The position numbers and the translations under genes are program-made. Positions 43,340-55,945 of a stretch of DNA of 64,000 bases are shown here, piece by piece (positions within the stretch are counted from its first letter, which is position 1; the number at the start of each line of letters is the position of its first letter). This DNA is from the human T2T-CHM13v2.0 reference genome, Homo sapiens. The stretch lies in assembly GCF_009914755.1 (NCBI RefSeq), contig NC_060941.1, one strand, 5' to 3'. The notes beneath the pieces were generated by a model. The model was given only the letters and a program-made list of their open reading frames with translations. It was not told the origin of the DNA and searched no databases.

Positions 43340-44150
43340 CCTAAGAGGTCTGGTTGGTTGTGTCATGGTAGATAGCACTAGCTCTGTTAGGACTCACCTC
43401 CAACTACAAAAGTGTCTCAGAGGGCCATGCAGGTCAAGCCCTGCACACGGGCATCCAACCCAAGGGCAAGTAGGGGCTGAAGTCCAGGCTGGGCTTCTGC
43501 ACTCCACTCACCATGAAGCCTCGCACAGGGCTGTGCCTGTCTATGGAATGGAACACCTGTTGCCTAATTTGCATAATGCCACTGAATAGGCTCATGGCAG
43601 TCCTGGGTAGAATGCATTCATCTGTGGGAAACTGGTGTGCCTGATCAAATGGGAGACAGAGATTACTAAGAAATTTGCTAGGTTTTAGAATAGGTAAATC
43701 CAGAAAATGGTTCCAGAGAAATAGGAGGGGATGTGTGGAGGTTGGTGGCAATGGAAAATTTGGGTGCAGTGTCTAAGTTCTCATATTGCTATGTACTCTG
43801 CCCCATCACTCCTAGGAGTGGGTCACCTTGGCCAAATGTCTCATCCCCAGGGAAGCTCCTGTCTCCCTGAAATTCTGCGAGACTTCTGGGTCTTGCTGTT
43901 TCAGACCATCTCAGCTGCAACTGTGTGCCTAAGGGTATGCAAACTAACAAAATAAATATGGTACATGAGATTGCAAACCTCACCCAGAAAGGGTTCACTG
44001 CAGTTTCCCTACAGATTCAAGCAATTCAAATGCCCATACACAGGCATCCAGCATGGTTGGGTGGCCTCCAGGAGGATCTCAATAGTTGGACCAGAAGGTA
44101 TCTCCCATTGAATCAAATGAGGTAAGTAACAGTGTTTGATGATTTAATTG
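43340..44150 (-). mobile_element. Possible ERVL internal remnant
   Basis: Weak similarity only. The minus strand encodes LGNRCSIP, reminiscent of the RT motif DLANAFFSIP. Confidence 0.3.
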
Positions 44151-44593
44151 CTTCTCTACATGCATGAACCTTGCTGTAGTTAAAGGACCTAAATTGGCTG
44201 TGGATAGAACCTCACCCTACCTGAAGGAGTCTGCAGAGTTTCTTAGGCTCCATTTCTAAACTAAATTCCAATTGGAAGAAGCTGGGAAGAATGGAGGGGG
44301 CTCTGGGAAGCTGGGAAATATGGCCAACCATATTCCTGACAGCCACCCATTAAACAGAACCAGAATCAGGATCTTAAATAACTAGCTAAAAAATTCCCAA
44401 GTAGTATGTGGTGGTGATGGTGCCTGGGTAGCAGGCCCCTTCATCACAGCCCCCGGATGGGGCTCCTGCCCTGGGAAGCCAGGGCACCTGAGGTTCAGAG
44501 GGGAGTCAGCGGACAGCCCTCTTTTATCATGTTCTGAATGACATCACGTTCCCTTTTACCAACTGCTGTCCATGGTTCAAGAAAGAAGGGCAC

Positions 44594-45629
44594 TGTGTTA
44601 ATTTCCTAGGGCCTCTGTAACAAAATACTGCAAACTGAGTGGCTTAAGACAGCAGAAATTTATTGTATCACAGTTCTAGTGGGAAGAAGTCCAAATCAAG
44701 GTGTCAGCAGGGCCATGCTCCCTCTCTGAAACCTGTAGGGGAATCCTTCTTTGCCTCTTCCTTACTTCTGGTGGTTTGCTGGCGATCTGGCATTCTTTGG
44801 CTTATAGATATATTAATCCAATTTTCTGTCGTCACATGGTGCTGTCTCTGTGTCTCCCTGCCTTCACATGGTTGTCTTCTGTTTTTTTTTTTTTTGAGAT
44901 GGAGTCTCGCTCTGTCACCCAGGCCGGAGTACAGTGGCGCGATCTCGGCTGACTGCAACCTCCGCCTCCTGGGTTCACACCATTCTCCTGCCTCAGCCTT
45001 CCGAGTAGCTGGGACTACAGGCGCCCACCACCATGCCCGGCTAATTTTTCTGTATTTTTAGTAGACACAGGGTTTCACCATGTTAGCCAGGATGGTCTCG
45101 ATCTCCTGACCTCACGATCTGCCCACCTTGGCCTCCCAAAGTATTGGGATTACAGGCATGAGCCACCGCGCCCGACCAAAACATAATTTGCCCAGGCTGG
45201 AGTGTGGTGGCACCATCACAGCTCACTGCAGCCTCAACCTTTCATGCTCAGGTGATCCTCCCACCTCAGCCTTCCAAGTAGTTGGGACCACAGGCACATG
45301 CCACCATGCTGCACTAGTTTTTTGTATTTTTAGTAGAGACAGGGTTTCACCGTGTTAGCCAGGATGGTATTGATCTCCTAACCTTGTGATCCACCCGCCT
45401 CGGCCTCCCAAAGTGCTGGGATTACAGGTGTGAGCCACTGCGCCCGGCCTGGTTGTCTTCTTATAAAGACGCCAGTCACACTGGAGTAGGGGTCTAATCT
45501 ATCCCAGGATGACCTCAGCTTAACTAATTACATTTGCAATAACCCTGTTCCCACATAAGGTCACGTTCTGAGGTACTGGGGGTTAGGGTTTCAACGTTCT
45601 TTTGAAGGGACCTAATTCCACCCATAACA
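44594..45629 (-). mobile_element. MLT1C-like LTR split by a composite Alu
   Basis: TGTGTTAATTTCCTAGGG start, AAGGTGTCAGCAGGGCCATGCTCCCTCTCTGAA, AAGGTCACGTTCTGAGGTACTGGGGGTTAGG, CCCATAACA end. Confidence 0.85.
44882..45449 (-). mobile_element. Composite Alu: AluY/Sc-like dimer plus a J/Y chimeric dimer within one TSD
   Basis: TSD TGGTTGTCTTCT at 44869-44880 and 45450-45461. Confidence 0.85.
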
Positions 45630-46215
45630 GACCTGTTTCTGTATAAACTGCTCCCTTGGTCTCTGGATTTGCCTCCAGTGGCAGTTGGTTAATCCATGGG
45701 TTCCAAGTCAGATGGCTTGGGTGAAAATCTTGCCATCGCTCTTGTGTGACTAAGGTCTGTGGAACAGAAATACAGTGATACAGATTGCTGTGATACAGAA
45801 ATAAATACAGATAACAAGAGTATCTAGTATTTGAGGTTGATGGAGGATTAGGATAAAGGACTCTGCATGGTGCTGGGCATTAAGTGCTCATTAAGCCTTA
45901 GTTACTTAAGTGCCATTAGTATTGTTATTCCCCCAGCTCTTTCCATTGACTTCTCTAGGAGTGGGTTATTTATTCTTCCCTGCAGGCACACATGGTCCTG
46001 GGGCATAACCAAATGCATCTCCATTTTAAGAGAACTGGGAGTGGGGCGGAGTGTGGGAGGGCTCCTTCAGTGTATACATATAAAGGAGACAGTTCGTATT
46101 TATTAGCACTAAAAAAGTTCTTTCTGTAGATGCTTCCAATAGAAAAGTAGGGCATTTCTCAAACATGTGCCCCTGAAATTGGAGGGACTGCCAAGAGAAG
46201 AAAACCAACTGACTA

Positions 46216-47136
46216 ATTTTTTTTTTGAGACAGAGTCTTGTTATGTTGCCCAGGCTGGAGTGCAGTGGTGTGATCATAGCTCACTGCAACCTTGAACTCC
46301 TGGGCTCAAGACATCCCTCCACCTCAGTCTCTGGAGTAGTTAAGACTACAGGAGTGCACCACCACATCCAGCAAATTTTTTTAAATTTTTTTGAGACAGG
46401 GTCTCACTCTGTTGCCCAGGCTGCTATGCAGTGGCACAATCACAGTTCACTGCAGCCTCAGCCTCCTGGAGTCAGGCAGATCCTCCTGCCTCAGCCTCCT
46501 GAGTAGCTGGGACTACAGGTGAGCACCACCATGCCCAGCTAATGTTTTTTATTTTTTGTAAGAGACAGGGTCTTCTTATGTTGCCTAGGCTGGTATTGAA
46601 CTCCTAGGCTCAAGCACTCCTCCTGCGTCAGCCTCCCAAAGTGTTGGGATTACAGGTGTGAACCACCGCACCTGGCCACGTATCGAGCTAATTTCTAAAA
46701 TTTTCTTGTAGATATACGGTCTTGCTACATTGCCCATGCTGCTCTTGAACTCCTAGCCTCAAGAGATCTTCCTGCCTTGCCTCTCAAAGCTCTGGGATTA
46801 TATAGGTATGAGCCACTGCACCCGGCTCATTAACTAGCTAACTGTTTTTTGTTTTTGTTTTTTCTTTTTTTGAGACAGAGTCTCACTTTGTTGCCTGGGC
46901 TACAGTGCAGTGGTGTGATGATAGCTCATTACAGCCTCAACCTCCTGGGCTCAAGCAATCCTCCCACCTCAGCTCTGCAAGTAGCAAGGATTAAAGGCAA
47001 GTACCAGCCTGTTTAGCTAATTTTTAAAATTTTTGTAGAGATGGGGTTTTGCCATTTTGTCCAGGCTGGTCTTGAACTCCTGGGCTCAAGCGATCCTTCT
47101 GCCTTGGGCTCTCAAAGTGCTGGGATTACATGCATG
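46216..47136 (-). mobile_element. Nested and tandem AluJ cluster (three elements)
   Basis: An AluJ split by a second (46387-46677), then a third at ~46845-47136. Confidence 0.8.
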
Positions 47137-48449
47137 AGAATTAACTACCTTTTAAAAAGAGACTCACAAGGTGGCATTTACCTTGATGGATTTTCCCATG
47201 GTCCTGTGTCAAGCCCTCACTTAGCTTTAAAACAGGTTCAGAAACTTCACCATGTTCAAGTCCCAGAACTGAAAGCTGACTCATACTAAAAATATTCACA
47301 TGATGTACAAGATACAGAAAATGAGAGAGGGTAGGTTATGTAATTTATAATGATAAAAATGTCATTGGTGGACCAGTGCCTTTCATCAGTCCGATCATGG
47401 CTTCTCTCCTTAGTGAGAATGATCAGAAGGCTGCTGGGTGGGTACAGAGTCAGAGTGAGGGGCTTGGGTCATAGAATTTAAATGAATAATAGCATTGGGT
47501 TCAGATCTGACTGGTTTGACTTCTCAGAGAGCCCAGCTTCTTGATTAAATGAGATTGGACACCTTCTTCCTTTCACAGACACTTACTACTTCTTCTATTT
47601 TTATTTTTATTTTTATTTTTTTGGTCTCCTTCGAATACTTTTATTTTTTACCTTCTTATTCTGACTGACATACTCCTTTCTGGATAAAATGTTTTGCTCT
47701 ATTCACCAGATTCTAATTTGTTGTTGTTGTTGTTAAGGTCAGGATTAGAGTCTGATAGAAATGATCCATAACTAATCTGTACCGAAAAAAATGCCGTATT
47801 TATAAGATCATGCAAATGATTTCAGGGTGTTGTGGACAACCTTGATGTCCCAGGTTAAATTCCTATGCATCCTAGGTTAAAATTCCTGCCTTAGGCAGAC
47901 CTTGCCCATTTTTGAGCTGACAAAGCTGAAGCCTAACAACCTTATCTTATTTTCCTCATGGCCAAGTTCTTAGGATCACCTTCCACCCTCACCTCTCTTC
48001 TCATTCCTCTACTTTCTAATCTTATATTAGGGCCACCGTGGTGACCTTGGAACTGTTCAGACCTTGTGGATACTTCCTCAGCCACAGGTACTGGGTTGAG
48101 GTCTAATGGTGATTGTAGTCAATCCTATTTTCTCACCTTTCCCCCTTTGACTTGTATCTTGCACTTTCTCTAGTATTCCAGTTAACACACTCCTCTTTTC
48201 TTCCCTCATTCCTTTTTTCTGGCAGGCTGTGCCCATGTCCCCTTGCATCGGGTATGACTGACATATTTCTCTCATTCACCGCCGGTCTTTGTCCTTCTTT
48301 CTCATAACCATATTCATAGCCCCATCTCGCTGTTTTACTCCTTCCATCTTCCTGTTTTTCTTTCCTACCAATGCTTCCAGGGCTTACATCCCTGGACATC
48401 ATTTTCTCAGTTTCTTTCTATTCCTACCTCCACTACTGCTAAGCATTGC

Positions 48450-48762
48450 CTTTTTTTTTTTTCCTTTTTTTTTTTTTTTTTCCCCGAGATGGAATCTTGC
48501 TCTGTCACCCAGGCTGGAGTGCAGTGATGCGATCTCAGCTCACTGCAACCTCTGACCCCCAGGTTCAAGTGATTCTCCTGCCTCAGCCTCCCGAGTAGCT
48601 GGGATTACAGGTGCACAACATGCCTGGCTAACTTTTGTATTTTTAGTAGAGACAGGATTTCACCATGTTGGCCAGGCTAGTCTTGAACTCCTGACCTCGT
48701 GATCCACCGGCCTCAGCCTCCCAAAGTGCTGTGATTATAGGTGTGAGCCACCGTGCCCGGCC
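48450..48762 (-). mobile_element. AluSg/Sc
   Basis: Reverse Alu with AGCATTG flanks. Confidence 0.88.
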
Positions 48763-48799
48763 TAGCATTGTCTTTAATATATCTTTTTAAACATGATTT

Positions 48800-49290
48800 T
48801 CAAACCATATTTGTATTTCCCATTCAGACCACTCCTCTGAGCTCCAGACTTGCATATCCAACCTAATTACTATTTATACTTTGATGTCACAAAAACAATG
48901 GGTCAAAAATGAAACCAACACTTCTCTGCCTTCAGATTTCTCCTTCTCAGGAAATTGCACCCCAGTTCACATTGTAACTCAAGCCAGAAGAATCATCATT
49001 CATTGCATTCATTGTTCCTTTTTCTTTACCACCAACAACATGAGTAAGTCTGCTCCTCTTTCAAAATATATCTTAAGTCCAAAGCAGTGTCTTCATCCCC
49101 AGAGCCATAATCCTTAGCTCAAACTAGCATCATTTCTTACCTGAACCACGTCCAGCATCCTCTTTCACTACTCTCCCTGATTCGACACTGATCTCTCTCT
49201 AATCTGTTCTTCCCACAGCAGCTACAGCTTGCTTTTAAAAACAGAAATTATGTCACTCTCTACTTAACCCTCTTTAATAGCTTCCTATTC
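48800..49290 (+). mobile_element. L2 fragment
   Basis: CTCTGAGCTCCAGACTTGCATATCCAAC, CCCACAGCAGC..TTTTAAAA..ATGTCACTC. Confidence 0.6.
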
Positions 49291-49418
49291 ATTCACGAAA
49301 CACATTTTTACTGAACACCCTCTATGTACCAGGCCCTCAAAAATCCCTGCCCTCATGAAATAAATGAAGTCTAGACAGGGGTAAGGGTTATGAAGGAAAG
49401 ATGGGGTGAGGGATGGGG

Positions 49419-49434
49419 AGAGAGAGAGAGAGAG

Positions 49435-49472
<38 letters not shown>
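49419..49472. repeat. Compound (GA)n(TG)n microsatellite
   Basis: Directly visible. Confidence 0.95.
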
Positions 49473-49475
<3 letters not shown>

Positions 49476-49495
49476 ACAATTTAAAAGAGAGTCCA

Positions 49496-49970
<475 letters not shown>

Positions 49971-50288
49971 TTACTATGGCAAATACTAAGTATTTACTAA
50001 GGCAGCCCAGGCCCCTATTCCCCCAAAAAACAAAGACAAGAAACGATCCTCTTTATCTCCTTTCCTGACACTCCCTCCCTCAATACATACCATCCACACT
50101 GGTCTTCCAGTTTACCAGAAGTTGTTTCCTGCTTTTTCCTGTGTTGTGCATCTGCTAGGAATACTCCTCCAACCCTTATGCCCGTATACAATTTGCAAGG
50201 CTGGTTCCTTCTCATCCAATGGGTCTCAGTTTAAATTTCATTTTAGGCCTTTTCTGACCACAGGACCTAAAACATTTGGGCTCTTTTT

Positions 50289-50626
<338 letters not shown>

Positions 50627-51361
50627 CTATTTGTTTCCTTCCTGACATCTACCACACCATGCAATTGGGATTCATATATATATGAATTTGACTTAAATCT
50701 CATTAGGTATAGTAAATGGCATCTGTCATTTAAACTTGCATTTGATCACTAGTGAAGATTAAGCATTTTCCCAAGTAATTGTTAGTTCTTAGCATGATCT
50801 ATTTTCTATATTTTGGCCAAACAAATGTTCATTTAAAGTCACTTTGTTTTAAGGATGACAGCAGGGCTGGACAGCCAAAACCCTACCCTCTCCATTTATT
50901 TTGGAGGAATTTATTTTCCCAAGGTCCTGGCAGAGATAGTGACTCACCGTGACTATCTCTGCAAAAATCATTCCAAAACCCACACCAATTCAGAGAAAAG
51001 TGCTTCATTTCGATAACATCGACTTGTGAAAACGAGCAAGAAAGTTGCATTTGAGTGGTACCAGGTTTCACCATTATGCAGTTATCGAGCAATTATTAAT
51101 GGCCAACCCAATTATACGCTACAAGGAAATGACGGTCACAGGGAAGCTCAAAGCCCCGAAGCGAGGGAAGCCCTGCTCCTCACCGGCCCCTCCGCCTTTT
51201 CCAGGGCGCTCTCCGTCCCGAGGCAGGAGATGGCCTGGTTGACCCTTCGAGACAAGGCGGCAAAACCGGTGCTGGGCTTGCGGGGCAGGGAATCAAGGTT
51301 CCTCCGGTTGCTGTACCGTCCCGCCCGGCCCCTCTCCCGGGCACCGGAGAGATGACGGCTC

Positions 51362-51371
51362 TCTCGCGAGA
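51362..51371. promoter_or_regulatory. CGCG element TCTCGCGAGA (BANP/ZBTB33-associated motif)
   Basis: Exact palindrome, extending to CTCTCGCGAGAG (51361-51372). Confidence 0.7.
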
Positions 51372-51490
51372 GCGCGAGCAAGACCCGGCTCCGGGCGGCG
51401 GCGGGATGTTAGCCCAGCGCTGTAGACCGCGCCCCCTCTGGCGCAGCTGGGAGAGGCGCGGCGGAGGCACTGCCGGGAGCGGCCGGCGGC

Positions 51491-51501
51491 GCGCACGCGC
51501 A
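51491..51501. promoter_or_regulatory. NRF1-type motif GCGCACGCGCA
   Basis: Matches GCGC-RY-GCGCA and directly abuts a CAG|GTGAGC donor. Confidence 0.6.
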
Positions 51502-51543
51502 GGTGAGCGGGGCGGGCTCGGGAGCGCGCGGGCACAAGGGCGA

Positions 51544-51553
51544 GGGGCGGGGC
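51544..51553 (+). promoter_or_regulatory. GC box (Sp/KLF) GGGGCGGGGC
   Basis: Exact consensus. A second GGGGCGGGC lies near 51510. Confidence 0.6.
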
Positions 51554-51604
51554 CTGCGTCGCGCTGCGGGCACGTCGCCGCGCGTCTTCAGTATTTAATG
51601 TCTC

Positions 51605-51742
51605 TGTGTTCCACCCGCCTGGGCTAGCACGTGGGGGAGCTGCGGAAGCGCGGCGCTGCGGGCCGGGCCGCGGGGCACAGCCGGGGGCCGGCGGCGGCGC
51701 GCGGACTCCGCATCCCGCACCCCGATGGTAGCCGAGGAGCTG
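51605..51742 (+). other. AKAP1: Non-coding first exon (5' UTR), probably AKAP1; start approximate
   Basis: TGTGTTCCACCCGCCTGGGCTAGCACGTGG...GCCGAGGAGCTG followed by donor GTAGGT at 51743. TATTTAA at 51592-51598. Resembles the recalled mRNA 5' end. Confidence 0.7.
51628..51633. promoter_or_regulatory. E-box CACGTG (MYC/MAX/USF)
   Basis: Exact hexamer inside the CpG island near the presumed TSS. Confidence 0.5.
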
Positions 51743-54700
51743 GTAGGTCGGGGGCAGCTGCGCCGGGGACCCCCTGCCGGAGACCCGAAGGCGGCGGGGT
51801 CGGGGCGATGGGGAGCCTGAGGTGCAGGTGCAGGGTGCGACGCGCCCTCCAGGTACCCCGGGGGCGGGACGCTCCGGACGCAGAGGTGTCCTGGGGGCTC
51901 TCGGCCGCCGCGCGCTGTCAGGCAGGCCCATCTTTCCCTCCCTCGTCTGCGCCCCCTCTCGTCCTTCCCCGCCGGTTGTCTGCCCGCGGGCTCCTGACAG
52001 ATCGCGTGTGCGCGGCTCTGGGCGGCGCTCTGCGGCCGCGCCGTCCTCCCCACGCGCGTCACTGTCCTCGGGGGCGGGGGGCGAGGGCGCGACGCCCGGG
52101 TCGCCTCTCTGCACCTCAACTTAACCGGAGCGTGCACACCCGCCTGCGAGGCTGACCCGAGCGCGTCCCACCCAAGGTCGCCCAGCCCCGCGGGCGTTTA
52201 CTTTTCAAAGGTCGTGTGTACACAGTCTGAGCCGGAGCTGCCCCTTCACTTCTGGAGCCTCGCCCAACTTCTCACCCTCGGCTCGCCCGCCGGCGCAGCC
52301 CCTGGGAGTTCCGTGCGGCGAGCCAGGGGAACTGGGAAGATGGGCCGGGACATCGGCCGGTTGTGATCCAACCGTGTTTCGGGCTGAGGGACCGTTCGAA
52401 CCGAATTGGGGTCTGGAGGTCGGAGGCTCAGGGGCGTCTCGGGGGGAATTTGCATTCGTAGCCCCTGCAGGCGTGTCCGGAGGGGTGGAGGCCGTCCAGC
52501 CTGGGGTGTCTGCCGACCTCACGCCCGGGGGCCCCGACGGTCACGTGTCCGGCCCCGCCTGCGGCCCAGGGCCCGGGGTCTGCGATCTGGAGGGACCGCG
52601 CCAGTTTTGGGGTTACGATGTGCTAGGAGAGGCAGTGGCTGGATGCCTCGAACGCGGGCTTTCTGGCGTTCAACTCTTTTGTGCCCTAGCTGAAGGTCTT
52701 CCTGTTTCCCTTCCAGGGAGGGATAGGAGAAGAAAGGTGCTGATCGTGGTAGGCGGTGCTGTGGCGACTCGGAACGGCATGGGAGCCCTGGGCGTTTCGG
52801 GATCTTCCTCACCTGGGGGATGTCCTGGGTGGCGGCGCCTTCCTGCCGCCGTTAACACAAACCCGGTGGACTTCGCTCCAGGTGCGAGTCGAGGCCTCTC
52901 AAGCTGGGTAGGGTGTATGCGCAGGGCAATTAGTGAGGTTAACCTGGGTATCTTTCCCCTACTGTAGTGCGCGTTACTTCGTGTTTAGATTTGTCTCCAG
53001 TGAAATCTAGGCTGCTGGACCTGGTGCAACAGTATCTGTTAGTTACTGATCAAGGAACACCGTTCACAAAAAGCTATTAATTCTGGCAACTAGTAGCCTT
53101 ACAAGCTCTTGTAACTGCTAAGTCCTTCCCAAATTAGTACCTTTTTTTTTTTTAACTCTTTATTTAGAAAGCAAAGCTTGGACTCTTAGCACCACCCATC
53201 CACTTTGCTCTTAAAGGTACAGAACATCTTTGAAATGAAGAAGGCTGCCTGACTTGATCATTTATATAATTCCTCTGATCTTGGCATTGAAGTGGTTCAC
53301 CTGCTGATTATTTAAGACCCTGAGCACTGGAAGCAAGTGAAGTTATGTTTTGGGAACCTTTTGACTTGTGTTGAACTTTTCTTTAACCTCTAACTAGTTT
53401 TGTAGGTTCTGCATAATTCTTGGGTGTATTCTCTTTGAAATATGGCCCTAGGTTAGAGGAGGTCCTCTGGATCCTACAGGCATGCAAATCACTAAAGCTT
53501 GAGTCCATTACTGGATTAATAGGCTCTGTCTTCATGCATGTTGTCAGATGATGGCTCAGAACTTGCAGGTAACAGATCCTAGCCAATGAGTGAGACAGGT
53601 CTAATGGATTTGTGTCTAGGTCTAGTTCCTTGTAGGAATATCTCTCCCATCTCCCAGTTGTTTCTAGGAAATGCATTCTCACTTGGCCACTGCAGGGTGA
53701 CAGTGGAGGTGTCTGTTGTAAGTGGCCTGCTCAGGTGCTGAAGTCGATATGTCTCCAGTGTAAGGTTGCTGAACATCAATATTTAAAAGCAATTTATCTT
53801 GCTGCCTGGTAACCCAAATTATTCTTGAGCTTTGGACATAGGCTGGGTTGCAGCCATATTTTAGGGGAAGGCTGGTGTTAGCCTCTACAGTATTCCCTTT
53901 TCCTGTCCTAAAGACAAATGGAGATCATATTTGTGATACTGGGGACTGTGATAGGTGCTTAAGCATTGCTCTTCCCCTCTCCTCCCTGAACAATCCCTGA
54001 GACTGACTTTGTTTCTCTTGAATTACTTGAGTGACTTGAATTCTATTAAAAGCACCCCTCTCCTTAGCCTCTGACCCAGAAGCTTGTTTGGGAGGAAAAA
54101 CGAATTGGTTTCCCTAAGCTTTGCTGGCTAGCCTCCTGCTCCCAGCCTGCAACATGACTTGATTGTGTGTGCATTTCAGGGCTTTGAAGAGCAGGCAGCT
54201 TGTAGCCAATGTACCCAGAGAGCTGGCCGTAGAGTTCCCCTAGGTCACTCCTTCCTAATCTTCCCTGTGAGTCTGAATGATTGGGCCTTTCTGTAGCTTG
54301 GTCTGTTTTCCTATTGTGGGGAAGTCAGTTGTTTCAGGTATGAGTTAATACCTTCAGCTTGTCATTCTCAGGCGTTTTCTTCCACTATGGGGAGGTAGTA
54401 GATCCTGTGGGCATCTTGTCCCATTGAAATCATCTCATATACTGTTTGAGAGTTGCTCATCTTTATGGTGGGGGGTGTATTTTAGTCCTAAATCTTGCTT
54501 CTTAGGGCAAGTTCTGTTTCTTCCATGTTCCTTCCTGGTGTAATACCTCAGGCAGTTTTCACTTTTATGATCATTTAACATTAAGTTCCCATCACATGTG
54601 GCATCCCACTGAAGGAACCTCCTGGCCTTGGTACCTAATTTGAAGCTTGGGCTGTGGAAAACATCATCAGTGAGCATGTTTGAAGTAGGACAGAGTCTGG

Positions 54701-55754
54701 CTGGAGAAACAGGTAGTGGGGGAGCTGGGAGCTAAACTTGAGAGGATGCCTCTTTCTTGATAGTTACTGTGCTAGGTGAGTTATGAGCACACTAATCCTT
54801 TAATCCTCACACCTCTGAGAACAGTGAGGGTGAAGCTGGAGGTCATTCTGGATTGTTTCAGTGGCTGTCACACAAATTCAAATTGAGGGGTAGAGGAACT
54901 AGGAAGCGTGGGTGTGGAGTTAAAACTAGGTCCTCTGGATGGCTTTTGTGAGAAGAACCAAGGAATATTCTTAAATCCCTGGGCTTTTCTCCTAATCTTT
55001 CTGCTGCTTTCTAAGTAGATTGTTAACATTGTGTGTGTTATCATTCAGCATTCTGAGAACTAGCTTTCCAGCAATAAATAGCTTTCAAGGTGTCCTTTGC
55101 CTTAACTTTTTCATTTTACTAAATGGTGCAGCCTTGTCCACATTCTGTCCGGGTCTTCACCATCTGGTTGTTTTTCCGGCTTGGTTTGATAGTTTGCAGC
55201 AGTCAGTGGTAAACATTGTGTTCCCTGTTCTGTAATGGTGGCTGGTTGTGTTCACCGAGCCAGGTGTCACTAAGGCCCAGTTGCACTTGGGAGCAAAGAA
55301 GGGCCCTGAGGTGAGTCCTGGAAGTAAAAATATGTATAACCTAGGGCTGATGAGGCTTGTTTCACTGCTGGGCTTAGCTGACAAGAGCCTGGGACTTGCT
55401 GCAGCTCTCAGAGCTGAAACCTGGCGGTGATTCTAGGCAGGCTGGTTGGCCTTCCAGATCTTGGTTTATTCAGTGGCTAAAAGAGGTTTGGTCAAAATTA
55501 TCAGTATTCAGATTATGGTCCTGGGAGCCTTGGAGTTAGACCAAACGTGCCCAGGGGCCACTGGAGTGATGTGTTTGGGCTGGGGAGCACAGCTCAATGG
55601 GTAGTACATGTCAAAGACTTAAGGGGAAAAAAAACAACTCACTGTTCATCTCAAGTTCTTAGCTCTAAGGTGTGCTACTGTTCTAAATATTTTTTATTTT
55701 TAAAGATAGCTTTATTTGCCTAAATTTGTCCTGGGTGTGGGGAGTTTAGAGCTG

Positions 55755-55945
55755 CCTTGTCTGTAGGGTAGCTGCTAGCTGTGTGACTAATTAAACTTTT
55801 CAAAGTATTTTTAAAAAAATTTCTTAGTGACATTAGCCACATTTCAGGTTCTCAGTGGCCTCGTGTAGCTAGTGGCTGCCGTCCTGGTCAGTACAGGTCA
55901 AGAACATTTTCCATAATCGAAGAAAGTTTTGTTGGACAGCGCCGG
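55755..55945. mobile_element. MER3-like DNA transposon
   Basis: TAGCCACATTTCAGGTTCTCAGTGGCC..GAAAGTTTTGTTGGACAGCGC. Confidence 0.6.

Larger units (their letters stand above)
51150..52950. promoter_or_regulatory. AKAP1: CpG island promoter, probably AKAP1
   Basis: Very high GC and CpG density over ~1.8 kb with no repeats. Contains GC boxes, NRF1, CGCG-element and E-box motifs and splice donors. Gene identity comes from recall of the AKAP1 5' UTR and its position ~40 kb downstream of RNF126P1. Confidence 0.8.

Noticed and set aside
51428-51444. CTCF-like motif (reverse complement GCCAGAGGGGGCGC)
   Set aside because: Only the 3' core matches, and such matches are common in GC-rich DNA.
51026-52967. 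Long ORFs on both strands (273, 197, 180, 174 aa)
   Set aside because: Pro/Arg/Gly/Ala low complexity expected from stop-poor CpG-island DNA. They overlap in several frames and have no recognisable domain.
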